Made by a program: the position numbers and the translations under genes
Notes under the pieces: model-generated
Database searches by the model: none
Seen by the model: the letters and a program-made list of their open reading frames with translations, nothing else
What the model was told of the DNA's origin: nothing
In this document: positions 25,772 to 39,527 of the stretch, in pieces
Numbering within the stretch: position 1 is the first letter of the stretch
Layout of the letters: each line of letters starts with the position of its first letter
Origin: Haliotis rubra
Taxonomy: Eukaryota
NCBI RefSeq assembly: GCF_003918875.1
Contig: NW_025765625.1
Span: 1,674,001-1,738,000 of the forward strand
Direction: 5' to 3'
DNA length: 64,000 bases

Positions 25772-26899
25772 GAGGGTATATGTTCTATGGTAATATTGGA
25801 ATGCCTGTTACTTCTGAGAAGACGTTCTGAGTACGTGCCACCGAATGAGCATATGAGCGACGGCACAAACCAGTTCTTCCGTCGATACCAACAGCATCAG
25901 TCAGTCATGGTTTCTCCATAATTGAAATATAAGCGACAAAATCGTTTCCACATTCATATAAATCTCTGTTACAATCAAAGTCGATTGTGACGATGCAGTT
26001 CATGATGTATATGTACTGTAACAAAGAAATAAAAGGTTAATATCATCATACAGACTTTGCCGTCATCGTCTCCAGACAAACACTTGCTGTAAAAGATCTC
26101 CAAATGTCACAGATATCTATCTACCTGGCAGCAACTTATAAGCAAGTGGTTATGACGAAGTCCAGGGATTGAGAATCACGCTGATAAAGATTGATTCCAC
26201 ACATCAACGACAGAGAACAATCAGTCTCGGCTGTCTACGGAAACAGATTCCAGCATATGTACATGACAAAATATTGATGAAGAATATGTTCCTGGATCGC
26301 TGAGAATCGGTGATGACAATACCATGGATGTCATCAAAACAGACATGATAACTTCCCGGATATGAGGAATAAATTAAATTATTGTTACTAGAAAGTTAGA
26401 CAATATACTTTAAAAGAAAAAGAAAAAATAATATTATGTGGCAGTAACAGATTTTGCATATTTATAGTATGTTGAATATTAAGTATAATTCATGTACATA
26501 ATTAATGGAGATTTTATTTGCTCTGCCTGCCTCAAACATGCCACTATAACGTGCAGAAAAATGCTTCCAACAAGCTTACCTGGTAAGAACTGCTTAACAT
26601 AATAACCTAAGCCATTCCCCACTAAACCCCCTTTTTCTGTATAGCCAGCTTGGGACAGTTGTAAACTGGACACCTCAGAAGGTCTGTTGTTACTCCACAT
26701 TCATTCGTTAAAAGACCTATAACTGATTGATTGTGTTCCAAGAAGGGAGGAGTTTCTCTTTGGATAAATCTGGAGCTTTAGGCTGTATTCCGAGGTTATT
26801 AGTATTGTCAAATGAACAGGTATGTTCATATGTTTAATAAAGATTATTAGTGCTAAGTTCTATAAAATCTGTTATTAGTTTGTTTTCACACACTGTATT

Positions 26900-27095
26900 C
26901 TTCACTGTATTTACTTACTCACTTTACTTATTTACTTATATTACTTACCCGTGAAGATCCGTACTTACTCACTTTACTTACTTCCTTTACTTAATTACTT
27001 ACTTTACTTACTTTACTTGCTTGCTTACTTTACTTACTCACTTTACTTACTCACTTTCTTTACTTACTTACTTTACTTACTTATCCATTCATCCA
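26900..27095. repeat. Degenerate (TTAC)n/(TACTT)n low-complexity tract
   Basis: Directly visible. Confidence 0.85.
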
Positions 27096-27649
27096 TCCGT
27101 TTAATCATTCATTCTGGGAGACGAAATACGACATTTGTTGCAGCATCGTCCCCAGGTGTGGAATAAACACAGGCCCACACACCTGGTAGAGTGATACGTC
27201 GTTTATATGTCAAGTATTGTCTTTGTACTGTGTGATTTTGCTCATCTATAGTAACAGAAAGACGTTTCATAGTACATGCTCCTTACTTTCTGAACCAGCC
27301 ATTGTTTGTATCGTATTAGTGTGTGTATGAATTGTATATCTGTGTTGTTTTAAAACGTGTATGTTGTTTTATGTTTAACTTATCTGATTGTGTCAGGATT
27401 GTTTTACTCTCAACATCTTCTGTAAACACCTCGCAGGCCATTCACGAACACATTAGCACCTGTTGTCTGTGTGTGATTGACACACTCCTTCTACATGATT
27501 GCGTTGTAGATGAGATACGCCTCATGGTTAAATGTGGTATTGTGTTTCTCGAGACTTGACAGCAGCAGTGCAGGTTAAACGGACTCATGTGTATTTGAAG
27601 ACAGTTTCTCAACCAATCATTGGACCCTTGATACATTCTAACACAAACT

Positions 27650-27995
27650 GTTAAACACTCGTAATCTAGAAGTTTCAAAACCGTTAACTACTTTGATGAA
27701 CCCGTGATCGAAGTAGGTGCGGACAAACCTAGAATTAATGTCAAGGACAACTTTGTATTTACGGTCAACGGATCCTTACGCAACTAATAGACGTTTGTAT
27801 GTTTTGAAGCATTTCAAACTGTGCATCAACTTGGAATAAAACGTTAATTTGTCTAGTTGTTTTGTTGTCATATGCTTCGGCGGACAATAGAGACCAGTTA
27901 TTGTCATTTGTACATGATTTCTAAACAGACAAACTGAAGTGTATGATACTTTCAGTCAGGCTTTGACAGCAGATATGTTCATCACGATTGTCTAC
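27650..27995 (+). pseudogene. Member of the S/T paralog family relic
   Basis: NYFDEPV..FTVNGSLRN..LTADMFI matches the minus-strand relics NYFAEPV (~52030) and FTITRSLRD/LTADIFI (~54350/54060). Confidence 0.55.
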
Positions 27996-28643
27996 TTCCC
28001 GAAGTAGGTCCCCTGAATGGTTTACGTGACATTTGTAAGCCACGAATAGTGTATAATGACAAAGGCACTGTCATACGAGTTCTAGAGAATGAAATTCGAT
28101 GAAAAAACGTTTGAAGATCTTGACTCTTCATACTGGTTCAGTTAATTTAGAATTTTATAATGATTTGTTCTTTGAGATGTGAAGGAAAGCAAAAGTACAT
28201 AGCGTTATGTGTTTTTTCAGTTTAAGATTAATGCAAGTAAACCAACATCGTGATAACATTAGTACCTTCATGGAAACTTCGCTTAATTCAAATTTCATGT
28301 CAACTTCTAAAACTCATTAAAGTATAATCGCTTCGATTAACGACAGAAAAAACATAAATGCACACAAAAATCAGTATACATTACACTTATATATGTCAGG
28401 GTCTAACTATCTCGTGTAAGGTTATTTCAGACAGATGTATTTTCGTGAATGTGGCCATAAAAACTCATATAGCTAAGTCCTTGCAATCGTCCTGATCGTT
28501 CTCAGCCCAGTCTCTAAATTAGAAGACTCAATATATCTTTAATACTCTAGTGTTCCCTGACATAAATATTTTCAATGAGCCTTATACATGAAAATATTTC
28601 TGATACTGTAATTCAGTTTAAATACGCACTCATACTGTTTATA

Positions 28644-29797
28644 CAGTACAACCAGAAATTATTGAGAATTTAAGATTGTATTTTTTTTCACTCATTACTC
28701 ACGTATTAATTGTGAATATTAGCAGAACATAACTCCAGATTCAAAGACAGGTGAACAGTTAGTATTTTTTCAAGTCACCATGGGCAGCAATGCAGGCTTC
28801 AATGCGGCGGGGCATACTACTGATCAAAGAAGTTAGAAAGTCATGGTTTATGCTGTCCCAATATCGGACTACCTCTTCTTTCATTTCAGCAATATTTGTC
28901 AGATTTTTCTTTTTGACCCTTTCCTTTATAAGTCCCCAAACATTTTCTATTGGATGTAGGTCAGGGCTATAGCTTGGCCAATCTAATAATGTCATATTTT
29001 GGGTCCGAAACCAGGCATGAAAATGCTTTGAACGATGTTTTGGGTCGTTGTCCTGCTGGAAAATCAAAAAAATTCCATAGAACTCGTGAGCAGATGGAAG
29101 TAAATGTCCCTCGAGAATATCTGTGTACCGCTCACTGTTCATATTCCCTTCAAATACACAGAACATTCATCTGAGAAAATCACATTGTCCCAGTTAAAAT
29201 TTCTATGCTGTAAGCACCACTTCAACCTTCGCTCCTTTTGTTCAGGTTTCAGGATCGGTGATGGAATTCCTCGACTTTTCTGCCAACCCATTGCATGCAG
29301 CTCAATTCTAATTGTCTCCTTACAGACAGCCACAGTTCCTCTATCAATCATATCCAGCCTTAAGTTTTCTAAACTCCTCCGTTTGTCTTTAGAAACAAGA
29401 ATACCAAGCCGCCTCCTGTCACCGACAGTCAATTTTATGGGCCTACCTGCGCCTCCCTGGTGCTCAATGCCATATCCATTTGCAATATTTTTCAAAACAC
29501 GATAAACAGTGGACAAAGGGATGCCTGTTCTACTTGAAATCACTTTAGCTGATCTGATGTCCTTGTTATAATACTCTAAAACTTCTTTTCTCTAAATCAT
29601 CCATACTGAGGATCACTGAAAATGTCGTCTGCTAGCAAGTAAACAAAGGGGATAACTCTTCACAAACTCATGAAAAAGGATTAACGGAGTTGTCTCTCTT
29701 GAATGAAACCAAGCACTTGATAGCTGGTCAAGGTTGTTTATACTTGAAATCCAATTAAACATATTCCTAAAATTCTCAATAATTTCTGGTCATACTA
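28644..29797 (-). mobile_element. Tc1-family DNA transposon (DD34E), internally deleted copy
   Basis: TIR CAGTACAACCAGAAATTATTGAGAATTT preceded by TA; HTH/GRP region, FSDE, FQQDNDPKH, SPDLHPIENVW; 130-bp deletion relative to the 47357-48655 copy. Confidence 0.95.
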
Positions 29798-31159
29798 AAT
29801 ATTGCCAGGGCATTGGATTACCAGATGACAGTTTGATATGCCTGACACATTGTATTCCAAGTCGACCAGTCCTAAATATAGTGATATATGCATAATTAAT
29901 AATAACGATAATAATGAGTCCATTTATATGGCGCCAACACCATACACTATGTTCTGCTCATAGTGCTACAAATATACTACAATATCAATTTCAACTCTGT
30001 CAATGGGGACACAAACACAAGGCAGTAGATTTTTCATACATGATACCATGTGGCGATTTGAATCCTTCCCAAATATATTATATGTAATATATATAATTGG
30101 CATTGTGTATTCAAAGCTGTCGATCGTGAGAGCCGTGTCAATTTACATTTGTCCGAGAGTTCAAAACTACAGACTTCCATTCCTGTGAATGACGCGTTAG
30201 CTCGGTGGGTTTGACGGCTGACTTTGTGTGATACCCATTAGGTACCTGACTCTGAGAGAGTGTGTTCCAATCCCTGATGGGACTCAACCACAAAAAGTGC
30301 TAGAAAGTGTAATCCCAAATTATACCATATGTTACTTGTATGAATATACCCAGCTGTAAGTCGGTACCAGGAACAGCTACAGAACCAATCCGCATCTGAC
30401 TGCTGTAAATCATTTACCTATGATCATTTTGGAACTATTGGAGATGTTTGAAGGTCAAAGAAATGAAATGGTTTCATTCTAGACATTCGAAATACGCTTT
30501 GTTAAATGGAAGATAGTAGCCCTCTGGTCCAAGTTATTTTTCTAGGTGATGCTTTTAAAGTTAATTTCTTCCACGAATCGCCCTTTGCCAGTCTTTGGAA
30601 TCCTGCTTGTGTAATCTGGTTTCAATGGTATTGAAAATATCATTTGGAAAAAAAATGGCTTCAGTTTGAAGGGGAAGTTAAAGATTGTTATTTAAAGCTC
30701 AGAATTGCTCACGAGGTAATGGTTTTTTCAGACATAAAGAAACAAGGAATGATGCACGTTTGATAGAAATGAACAATAGCTTTTAAATGTCAAGCAAAGA
30801 AACTTCAACAAGTAAGAAGTTGACATCAAGTCTTCGTGCATTATGAGGGCGATTGAACTAGCGATGTCTGTTTGAGAAGAATATGTTTGCCTATTTCACG
30901 AACACTTGGCGGTATGTTTGGGATTCGTTTATGAATTTTAATACCTGCGATAGTTAACTGTGCTCAAGACATAGGTCGATAAAATTAAAATTATTCTGAA
31001 AGGACAAACCTTTCAATACAATTTTATGAAGACATCGATTCACCATTTCACAGCCATGTTCATCCTATGATTTTGCGTGTTCGTTTGGGTTTGGTTTGGT
31101 TTGTTGTTTTAAGCCGCACTCAGCAATATTCCAGCTATAATGCCCCTGTTTGTAAAGAA

Positions 31160-31260
31160 TGTTTGAAAACAGGGGTGGCACACAATGACGTTGCAAGACA
31201 GTTTAGAGTTCTTTGAAACACAGTATCTCTTTAAAGTTACTCACAACAGGGCAAAACTCA
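31160..31260 (+). mobile_element. Tiny Tc1-like transposase HTH fragment
   Basis: Translates LKTGVAHNDVARQFRVL*NTVS, resembling the Tc1 N-terminal HTH. Confidence 0.45.
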
Positions 31261-32703
31261 CAGTACAAATGTGTTATTCCATGATTTGATGTGATATGGA
31301 TATGTCGTTTTCCTGACACGGTTGACAGAGATATGAATCAAACATTATCACTATTGATCCATTAGTTAAACTTAAACAAGTGAGTCTCACTGTCTCTTCA
31401 TATGTATTCCACGTTTGCTGTATTCTCTTCCTCCATCTATGTGTCATGTATATTAAGTAGTACATATTGTACAGCACTGAGATTTTCTGCTGTTCTCTTT
31501 GTCCTGATCTAAATATTTCTGAGTGTTAAAGTAGGTGACAGTCTTGATTTCACACATTCTAGAAATCGAAAGCACCACGATTACCTAAACGAAATTAAAT
31601 CCCCAGGTGCCTTCAGGAACCGTCGTTTTGTTAAAGATTCAATTAGGACCGTTTCTAAAAGTGTAGTTGTTGAGATTATATTTCATTTCAAACTTCAAAA
31701 CTCCCACGCATAAGAAACACATTTACTGTAAAAAATCGTCCAGAGGAATTTATAACACATTTAGTTAGTCTATATATATCAAACCATTTATTGGAAATGT
31801 GACACAAGATTTATTTCCACTTTGCAATACATCTACATCCTAGGTCTTTGAACCAGCGAGTATAAATCAATGTGATATGGAAAATTCATGCGGAGGAGTT
31901 TACACTGAACTAAACCTTTTACCTTATTATGGCTTATTTCTAGCTCAGTCTTCTATTTATTGCCATGCATTGTCACTCAGTCTTCGACTCTTCACATTCG
32001 GGGCTTTCCTAAACACACAAATCAAATAAATTGTATAACGAGTTACCAAATCCACGTCGATATATCGTTAGGTAACGTTTCATTGTGCTCATTTTAGGAA
32101 CACTAATCCAATTCATTTCGAAGGCATTTAACCTCACCACACTGGCTCTCTCTGCATGTACTATTTGAACCAACCGTACTTACCTCCCCTTCATTTTGTC
32201 TCCGGAAGACGAATGTCAAAATCTCTCTTTCACCATGTATATATCGCATGTATTCATAAACTGTCCCACTTTGTAGTTTGTGTTCTTGAAATTATTAAAT
32301 TAAAAGGTCCATCAATTTTTCAGTCCGATTGCGGACAATCTTATGTGTTTCAGTTACGTTAAAAGGCCTCCTTAATTCTAGATTCGATTTGTACCCAAGC
32401 AACCTGTGCTTGTCGGCGACTGAAACGACCTGGTCGTGCGGGTTAGTGATTTGCCGGCGTGTCATCTTATCCCAATGGCGCTGATCGCTGCTCATAACAT
32501 CAATCACTGGTACTGGTTCCTTTTAAGAAACTCGATTATATGCAGACCTCCGCCATAAGACTGAAACACTTCAGGCGTTAAATGACAAACATCCCAAGAG
32601 TTGACAAATTCCCAGAACTAACGCTCGTGGGTTCTGTTGCTGAAAGTGGCAATTCGCTGAGGCGTAACTTCCCGTAGGCGTGTCAAAGACTGAATCCATC
32701 CTA

Positions 32704-32798
32704 GGGCCGCGATCCACAAAGCGTTTGAAACTCTTTGTAACTCTATCATGGGCTTACGAAGGTCGTAGCCCTACGAACGCTTTGTGGATCGGCATCCA
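32704..32798. mobile_element. Short MITE (PIF/Harbinger-like ends)
   Basis: Inverted ends CGATCCACAAAGCG / CGCTTTGTGGATCG; related copy at ~38577-39570. Confidence 0.65.
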
Positions 32799-33104
32799 GA
32801 TTTGTTGTCGTGATAACTGTTGGCTCGTTAGGAAGGAACCCATGAACGTTTGTTTCATTGAAGTGGTGAACTTCGATGATCTGTATGACGTGCTTTTCTG
32901 AGTGATGTTGTCCATCCTAGAATTAATGAGCCGTGGCATACGGGTCGAAGCGGCTTGTGCTCATTTCGCCAACACCTCATTTCGCCTAGACCCTTATCAT
33001 ACAAATTTACACTTGAATGCAATCAAGTGCTGAGTTACCTCTAAAATAATGAGTTGACCCAAAAGAAGGTTAAACACACAAGATAATCTTGAAGCTTCAT
33101 ATAT

Positions 33105-33547
33105 TGTTTAATAGCTGACATTAAATCATATTATTACAGTGATGTCACTGCCTTGTTTAATATAACATAATACAATGTTTAATAGCTGACATTTACATCA
33201 TATTATTACAATGATGACACTGCCTTGATTAATATAACATAATACAATGTTTAATAGCTGACATTTACGTCATATTATTACAATGATGACACTGCCTTGA
33301 TTAACATAACATAATACAATGTTTAATAGCTGACATTTACATCATATTATTACAATGATGACACTGCCTTGATTAATATAACATAATACAATGTTTAATA
33401 GCTGACATTTACATCATATTATTACAATGATGACACTGCCTTGTTTAATATAACATAATACAATGTTTAATAGCTGACATTTACATCATATTATTACAAT
33501 GATGACACTGCCTTGATTAATATAACATAATACAATGTTTAATAGCT
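33105..33547. repeat. Minisatellite, 6 x 72 bp (first unit 71 bp) plus a partial unit
   Basis: Unit TGTTTAATAGCTGACATTTACATCATATTATTACAATGATGACACTGCCTTGATTAATATAACATAATACAA at 33105, 33176, 33248, 33320, 33392 and 33464. Confidence 0.97.
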
Positions 33548-34609
33548 TGGGGATGGCTGTGGGGAGTTGTAGACACGATGTGTACTGCAATAGTGCTGCA
33601 TCTACCATCGCAACATGTGTGGACACACTTCCAGTTAACAGCAACCTGATGCTTGACATTCAGTCTGTAGAGCATCGAAGAGGCGTTGTAACACACTCAT
33701 TCAATCAATCAATCAATCAATCAAATAAGGTGAGCTACCAACGGAACTTCATAAGAAACCGTCGATGAACTCTGCAAATATTGTTTATGTTGAAAATAAG
33801 GTTTAAGTGTTTCAACAGCTAAAAGAACACACGACTTTCTCTAAATGATTTTATAAGTTGAAATAGTTTGATATCCACATTTTACATTTGAGACACAGCT
33901 GTTCTTCTTTTTCAACGAAAACTGTCAAAAAACCTACTTCAACTCTTGCTGAAAACTTATGTACCCAGGGTAACTTTCAAGCACAAACGGTTATATGGAA
34001 CTCATGGGGCTGACATGTTCAAATTTGACTGTTTGTATTTGTGACGTGTGACACTGGTGGGACAGGTTACGTTCTTCATTTTGCGAACTATGAGTGATTA
34101 ATCCACAAATGCGTATAATCGTACAATGGGTTTTGTCTTGAATAGACACTTCTTATTATTATGGCTAGGTCTTGTCGCCTTTTGTACATGGCCTTTAGTA
34201 ATACTCAGACAGTATTATCCATTGCAATTGGTTTGGTTCAGAATATATTTCGATCAAATACTCGTTCTCCATAAAACAAACATATTCACATTCAGATATA
34301 ATATCTCTTTATCAATGTCTCCTTTGAAAGTTACTGTGTTAAGGGTGTTCATGTAATATAAAACTAGGATGAAGGAGTTAACGATCATATTTCTTATTCA
34401 GGATTACCGATTTACTGATTTAAAAACACACAATATAGAGCGATGGATATGCCACATGCAACAAAAACTTGTTGTAAGGAAAACTTCAGGTTTACATTTG
34501 GAAATATGAATGTCTTCAAGGGTATAAATACAAAAATATATTCTGATGACCCCAAGAACATATATAAAACGTCTTCTGTTACGAATTTATATCGCAATGC
34601 TTACATCTA

Positions 34610-37600
34610 CCACCTACAGCTTACATGACACGTTGCCATCAAGTCTACATGCATCAGAAGAGAGGAAAGCGACATAGAACACATGTACACCGATTATGTG
34701 GGTGGACTCTCTGATTTGAAACAGGCCCCAATGATAATTATGAAGAACCTTTGACACTATTTATAGGCAAGCTAATAACATCATCGGCGGACACAGACTC
34801 CCATTACCACGAAACTGACTTTTGATATATTGATAAGTAAGTAATTTAATTCCGATGGTGCGCTTAAACGGCAAAGGGTCATAATTTTTATGGCTACCGA
34901 TTCGTATCAGCGTGTAATTCAGTTAACGGTTTCTCATCACACGTCATGTTCTGAACCAGTCACACAGAATAACCCTCTGCGGCCGGTGGTCGTACACCAA
35001 GAGGGGATTCATGACGCGGTTCGGTCACATAAGCAAACACGTTCTCACATTAACCAATTATAGGCTAAATATAACACTCTTGCAAATGAACATTATCACT
35101 GCCAAGGAAACTGGCGTAACTGCCAAGAGGTAAAGAGGCTTCATGGCTGACATACGGTCAGTGCTTAGTTCAGGTAACCACTGTTTGGTATTGGTGCATG
35201 ACATAAAGGTTTTATGTTTTATTTTTAAAAGTCTAAAGTTAAAGTGATATCGTCTAAAAAGTAACGTAGTGGCGCTTCGTCAGCACTCAATGAATATATA
35301 TGTACATGGTTATATACATTCTATATATAACTTGGTGAGAAATGAATTACATAACTGATTACGATTACGGTTATATAGACATCACATCTTTAAATATAAA
35401 TTATTTGCATTTTCAGGAGACGTTTACCACTTTGTACCACAAGACGTTAGGTGGTTGCAAATTCCTTTCTTTTATCTTATTCTACTCTTCATTGAAGGAA
35501 TTTATCATAAAATATAAAAATCCAGTAACAATACATTTCACAATACATTGCCGAAATGAATATGTAAGCAGATTTCAACACTGGTCTTTACAAATACTAT
35601 TTCGATAGAAAACAAACTCGGAAGTAGGTATTTTCTTTAGTTCCATGGTAGATATAGAGATTCGCGCACAGAGAGAGAGAGAGGCGGGGGCAGAGAGAGA
35701 GAGAAAGAGAGAATGTGTGTGTATGTGTGTGTGGAGGGGGGAGAGAAGTGTGTGTGACGCTGACGGAGTTACTTCCCCAGGCATGATGCCCAAAATACCT
35801 GCCGTTAAAGCGACAGTAGACCCAACTCGTTCACTCGCATGACAGATACTGGAAGAGACACTGATCACAGAAAAAAACCCGTAAAGAAGTCTTCTGAAAC
35901 CCTGAAAGACGCAGGTAGTCTGTACTGATGGAATAGCAGTGGTTTATATGATGGAGTACCTCAGGTATTTCCTGTCCGCTGTACAGAAAAAGACGGGTTA
36001 TCGTTTACGTATGAATACAAGCCATTTTAGAAAAAGGTGAATGTAACTAATGGCCAACCAGTGGTTAATCAGAGCTTCTCTCAGAAGAATGGATTTTCTG
36101 ATTTACGAATGAAATCAGCAATCAATTGTTGTGTGTTTAGAGTTAGCGAATCTGTCATGTAACAAGTGGACTTTCTAGTCGATCTGACAAAAACTTCATG
36201 TAAACACAGTGATTACATATTCATTTTAACAACGAACTATTATATACTATTAAAGTTTCAAAACGAGTTAAAAAAAAAAAGTTAACGAGAAATATAATTG
36301 AATCTTAGTTGTATCGTCCTCCAAAGTAGATGAAGGCATATGAAAGGTACAGGTCTTGAAGTACTGCCGTCTATTTTGGAAGAAAACAGATACCATTTTC
36401 ATTTCATTTGAAACATGTGCAAATATGTGAACAAATTCATATTTTCGAAATTTACTTGATGACAATATCGATTTCTCATTTCAACCTGCAGACATGATGC
36501 TCCTGTACCCTAAGTTATGGCCCATTAATGCAGCTGTAAATAAGGAGATGTTCGTTACAACCTAGATGACGTTAAGCATTTGACATTCAATTCTTTAAAG
36601 TTAGAAAAACGCATCTGAAGTCAGCCCTCTTTAATGTCAGGCACAACTGATGAATGTTTCTGTTCAATGTATGAGATTTTCATTGCCATTTAATTTTTGA
36701 CTAAACGAATGACGAAAACGCTTCATTGCAGATAGTAAAAGTGCAATGCCATCTTGAGCTAAGTTTTTTTCGAAAATTATCAATGTAAACTTGAGCAGCA
36801 GTGAACTGGGCATATGTCTCTATGTTGCTAAAAGGCTGAAATCAATCAGTGCAAAATAGTGTGAACTAGTATTGAATTTTGTGGGGGAGTTCCCACAAAA
36901 ACATAACAGCTCGTCCAGAACAGATGTGGCATTTACCCCGAGTCACTGAGTAATTTTATCAATACCTGTGTACTTTTGGGGATGTCCAGACAGAAAATAA
37001 ATTTGAAGATTGCATTTTTTGTCAACAATTCTGTCTGTTTGTTTATTCTGTGGTTAAGACGTTTTATATTCACTGTATTCGGTAATTTTGTCCAGATGTT
37101 ACATTTGAATGATCACCATTAATATGACACTAATTATTCTCAAGATGATCATTGACACTGACGTTTGTAACCAGGCCTTTCAGCACAGAATGATTTGTAT
37201 GTCTGAGACGTTGACATCTGCAATATGGCTGCTTTGCATATGTTTTTCAGGTGACTTCAATCCTCCAAGGTTTAGCAATAAATGCAATGACATCTCTATC
37301 GAGGGCTGAGGACAACTTACAATAAGACATTCAGGTAAGACGTAGGCGTCCCCATGAGTCCCATCTGTAGTGCATTATGGAATCGGAATGATAGCTTTAG
37401 GATACTTTATCATCTGTGGTGCACTGAAAAATTATATGTGAAATGCTGACGTCCTCACTGATAACAGTAATCTGACATGTAGGGATCGAACACTAGGCAA
37501 GACATTCATTGAAGGCATTCCCAAGGGTACCAGTTCTACTAAACAGTATGCACATAAAACTTAATCTTCTCTCTGACTGGCACACTCAGAGCAAAGGAAA

Positions 37601-38445
37601 TTTTGCCAAGACGTTTTATGTTTTATTTCCAAATATCTAAAGTAAGTGATATCGTACAAAAAGTAACATAGTTTAACCGAAGCTTCAGGTATATCAATGA
37701 CCGGATATTGTTCAAAAACACTCAAGTAGTTAAGTCCATTCCACTGGTCCCACTACCCACATATGGAATAAAGACCAGTGATTCACCCCATCTATTTCCA
37801 ACTTCAACAAACAGACAAACAGCACTCCCCACCCTCAGCTCATAACAAGGGGGATGACTTGAACTTTCAAAAAACAATTAGCAATATTTCAGCAGATACA
37901 CTTTCTTGGTGACAACATCGCTCAAACGTTTGAGTTAGAATAGAACATGCTCTTCAAACGAAGATTTTATCAAGTGTTACATGATCTTTGCGATATTTCA
38001 TGGGTCTTTTACCAAATCGGACAACTCAGTGACGAAAATGATGTCCGATGCAAATATCTGCTTTGAGTTGCTCCTCTGTACTATTCTCCATCCACGTCAA
38101 GTCTTCCCCAACACTTAATCTTAAAAAAATCACAGGCAAAGGCATGGGGTTATTTATTATGGATCATGGCTTATTAGAGAACCCAGATGCAGTGCAAGAA
38201 GGTCCTTAGCCAAATGCACCAAAAGTAGTCCCATTACCAGACGTGTATTAAGAGTCTCCGTTTGCAAGGTAGGTCCCGCTATGAGCTTGAGAGACGTGAG
38301 TGTGAGTCCATCCATAGTAACTGATTAAGCAAGCGGTCGTGTTGCTTACAGTAACACTGCAATTACACAACGAGAAAGGAATGGTAGTCACTATGTAGCC
38401 ATGTTTAGAAACAAACCCTGACTGACTCCACGATGGATGACTGTA
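34610..38445. pseudogene. Decayed unit copy 3: U (34610-35130), Y 3' part (35760-37060, minus), X (38085-38445, plus)
   Basis: Same orientation as copy 2; e.g. GATGTTCGTTACAACCTAG (36547), ATGGATCATGGCTTATTAGAGAACCCAGATG (38159); U matches 55050-55560. Confidence 0.6.
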
Positions 38446-38636
38446 CTAATCACTGAGCTACCCACACGTACCTGATGCTGGATAGGGGGAACAGGGAGCG
38501 TACAACTATTGATGTTTTACCAACTATCCGTTGGAAACATGAAAGACAACATGCTTGGTTGCTCAAACATGCTTGGTGCGGATCCACAAAGCTGAGATAT
38601 CACTACGATATTCGTAAGCGTATGGTAAGGTATATA

Positions 38637-39527
38637 TACTATCCACAAAAAGAAACGCATATGCCAGAAATCTGTTGCGAAAATGTTGTATTTTCAAACA
38701 TGTATAACTCGTCCACAAATAGACTTTAGTACATACACCTTTACACCAGATTAGAAGAAGGCAATGTCTATACAACCAAGTGGATACTTTTAGATAACAG
38801 GGACGTTGAGCGCGATGGTGACGACGTAGCACGGTCCCGACGTCGGGTCTCCTGGCTCTCAGACCAATCTCTTTCAACTTGTTCCGTACGTACAGTTTGA
38901 CCGGATATCCTCCGAAGTCCAGGCACCCTGGCTGCTGTGCTCTCACCCGTGGCAGTACGATCACGCAAATGTAGTACCCGGATGTACCGATCTTGGGCTG
39001 CAGTGGTGACTCGAGGTCTGCCTGTACGGGGACGGTCATTTGTTATACCTGTTTGGTTGTAACGAGTTGCAAGCCGTGATATCGTACTCAGACTAACATT
39101 CAGACGCCTGGCAACAGACGATTGGTAATCTCCAGCGTGCATTCTTTCAGTGGCGATGTTCCGTGTCGTCGTGTCCAGACGTTGCGTAGTGATTTGACCT
39201 TGAAACTCCTTCAAAACGAATGCCAATTTCCGAATGTAATCTGGATTTTATTGCCAGACAGTGCATGGTCTTTGCTGCACAATTTTAACTGGAAAGTGAT
39301 TTCTGTTACATTGGGGCGATGCCTTTTTAATCCTTGTAAGAAAATCTCATCAAAATCAACATTTTCAGGTAAAGTCGATTTTTTACTTGTGCAATTGTGT
39401 AAAATCATATCATTAACACTTTTGTTACATATTTTGTTTGAACACAATAGATTTTTAAATAGGTAATAGGTTATTAATAGATTTTACAAAATACAAATCG
39501 CCTATGCGTTTCTTTTTGGCGATAGTA
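38637..39527 (-). mobile_element. Tc1-family transposon (second family), deletion derivative retaining the DNA-binding N-terminus
   Basis: TIRs TACTATCCACAAAAAGAAACGCATA / TATGCGTTTCTTTTTGGCGATAGTA with TA flanks; VARRLNVSLSTISRL..DRPRTGRPRVTTAAQDRYI; no DDE domain. Confidence 0.92.

Noticed and set aside
33105-33547. CRISPR-like array
   Set aside because: The units are contiguous with no unique spacers, there are no cas genes, and the context is eukaryotic.
34836-34845. GTAAGT as evidence of a spliced host gene family
   Set aside because: Similarity between copies continues unchanged through and beyond the site, and no open exon precedes it; kept only as an alternative reading in the findings.
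35660-35760. Promoter or first exon after the GA/GT-rich tract
   Set aside because: The tract is a simple repeat abutting a decayed copy of segment Y; there is no independent support.
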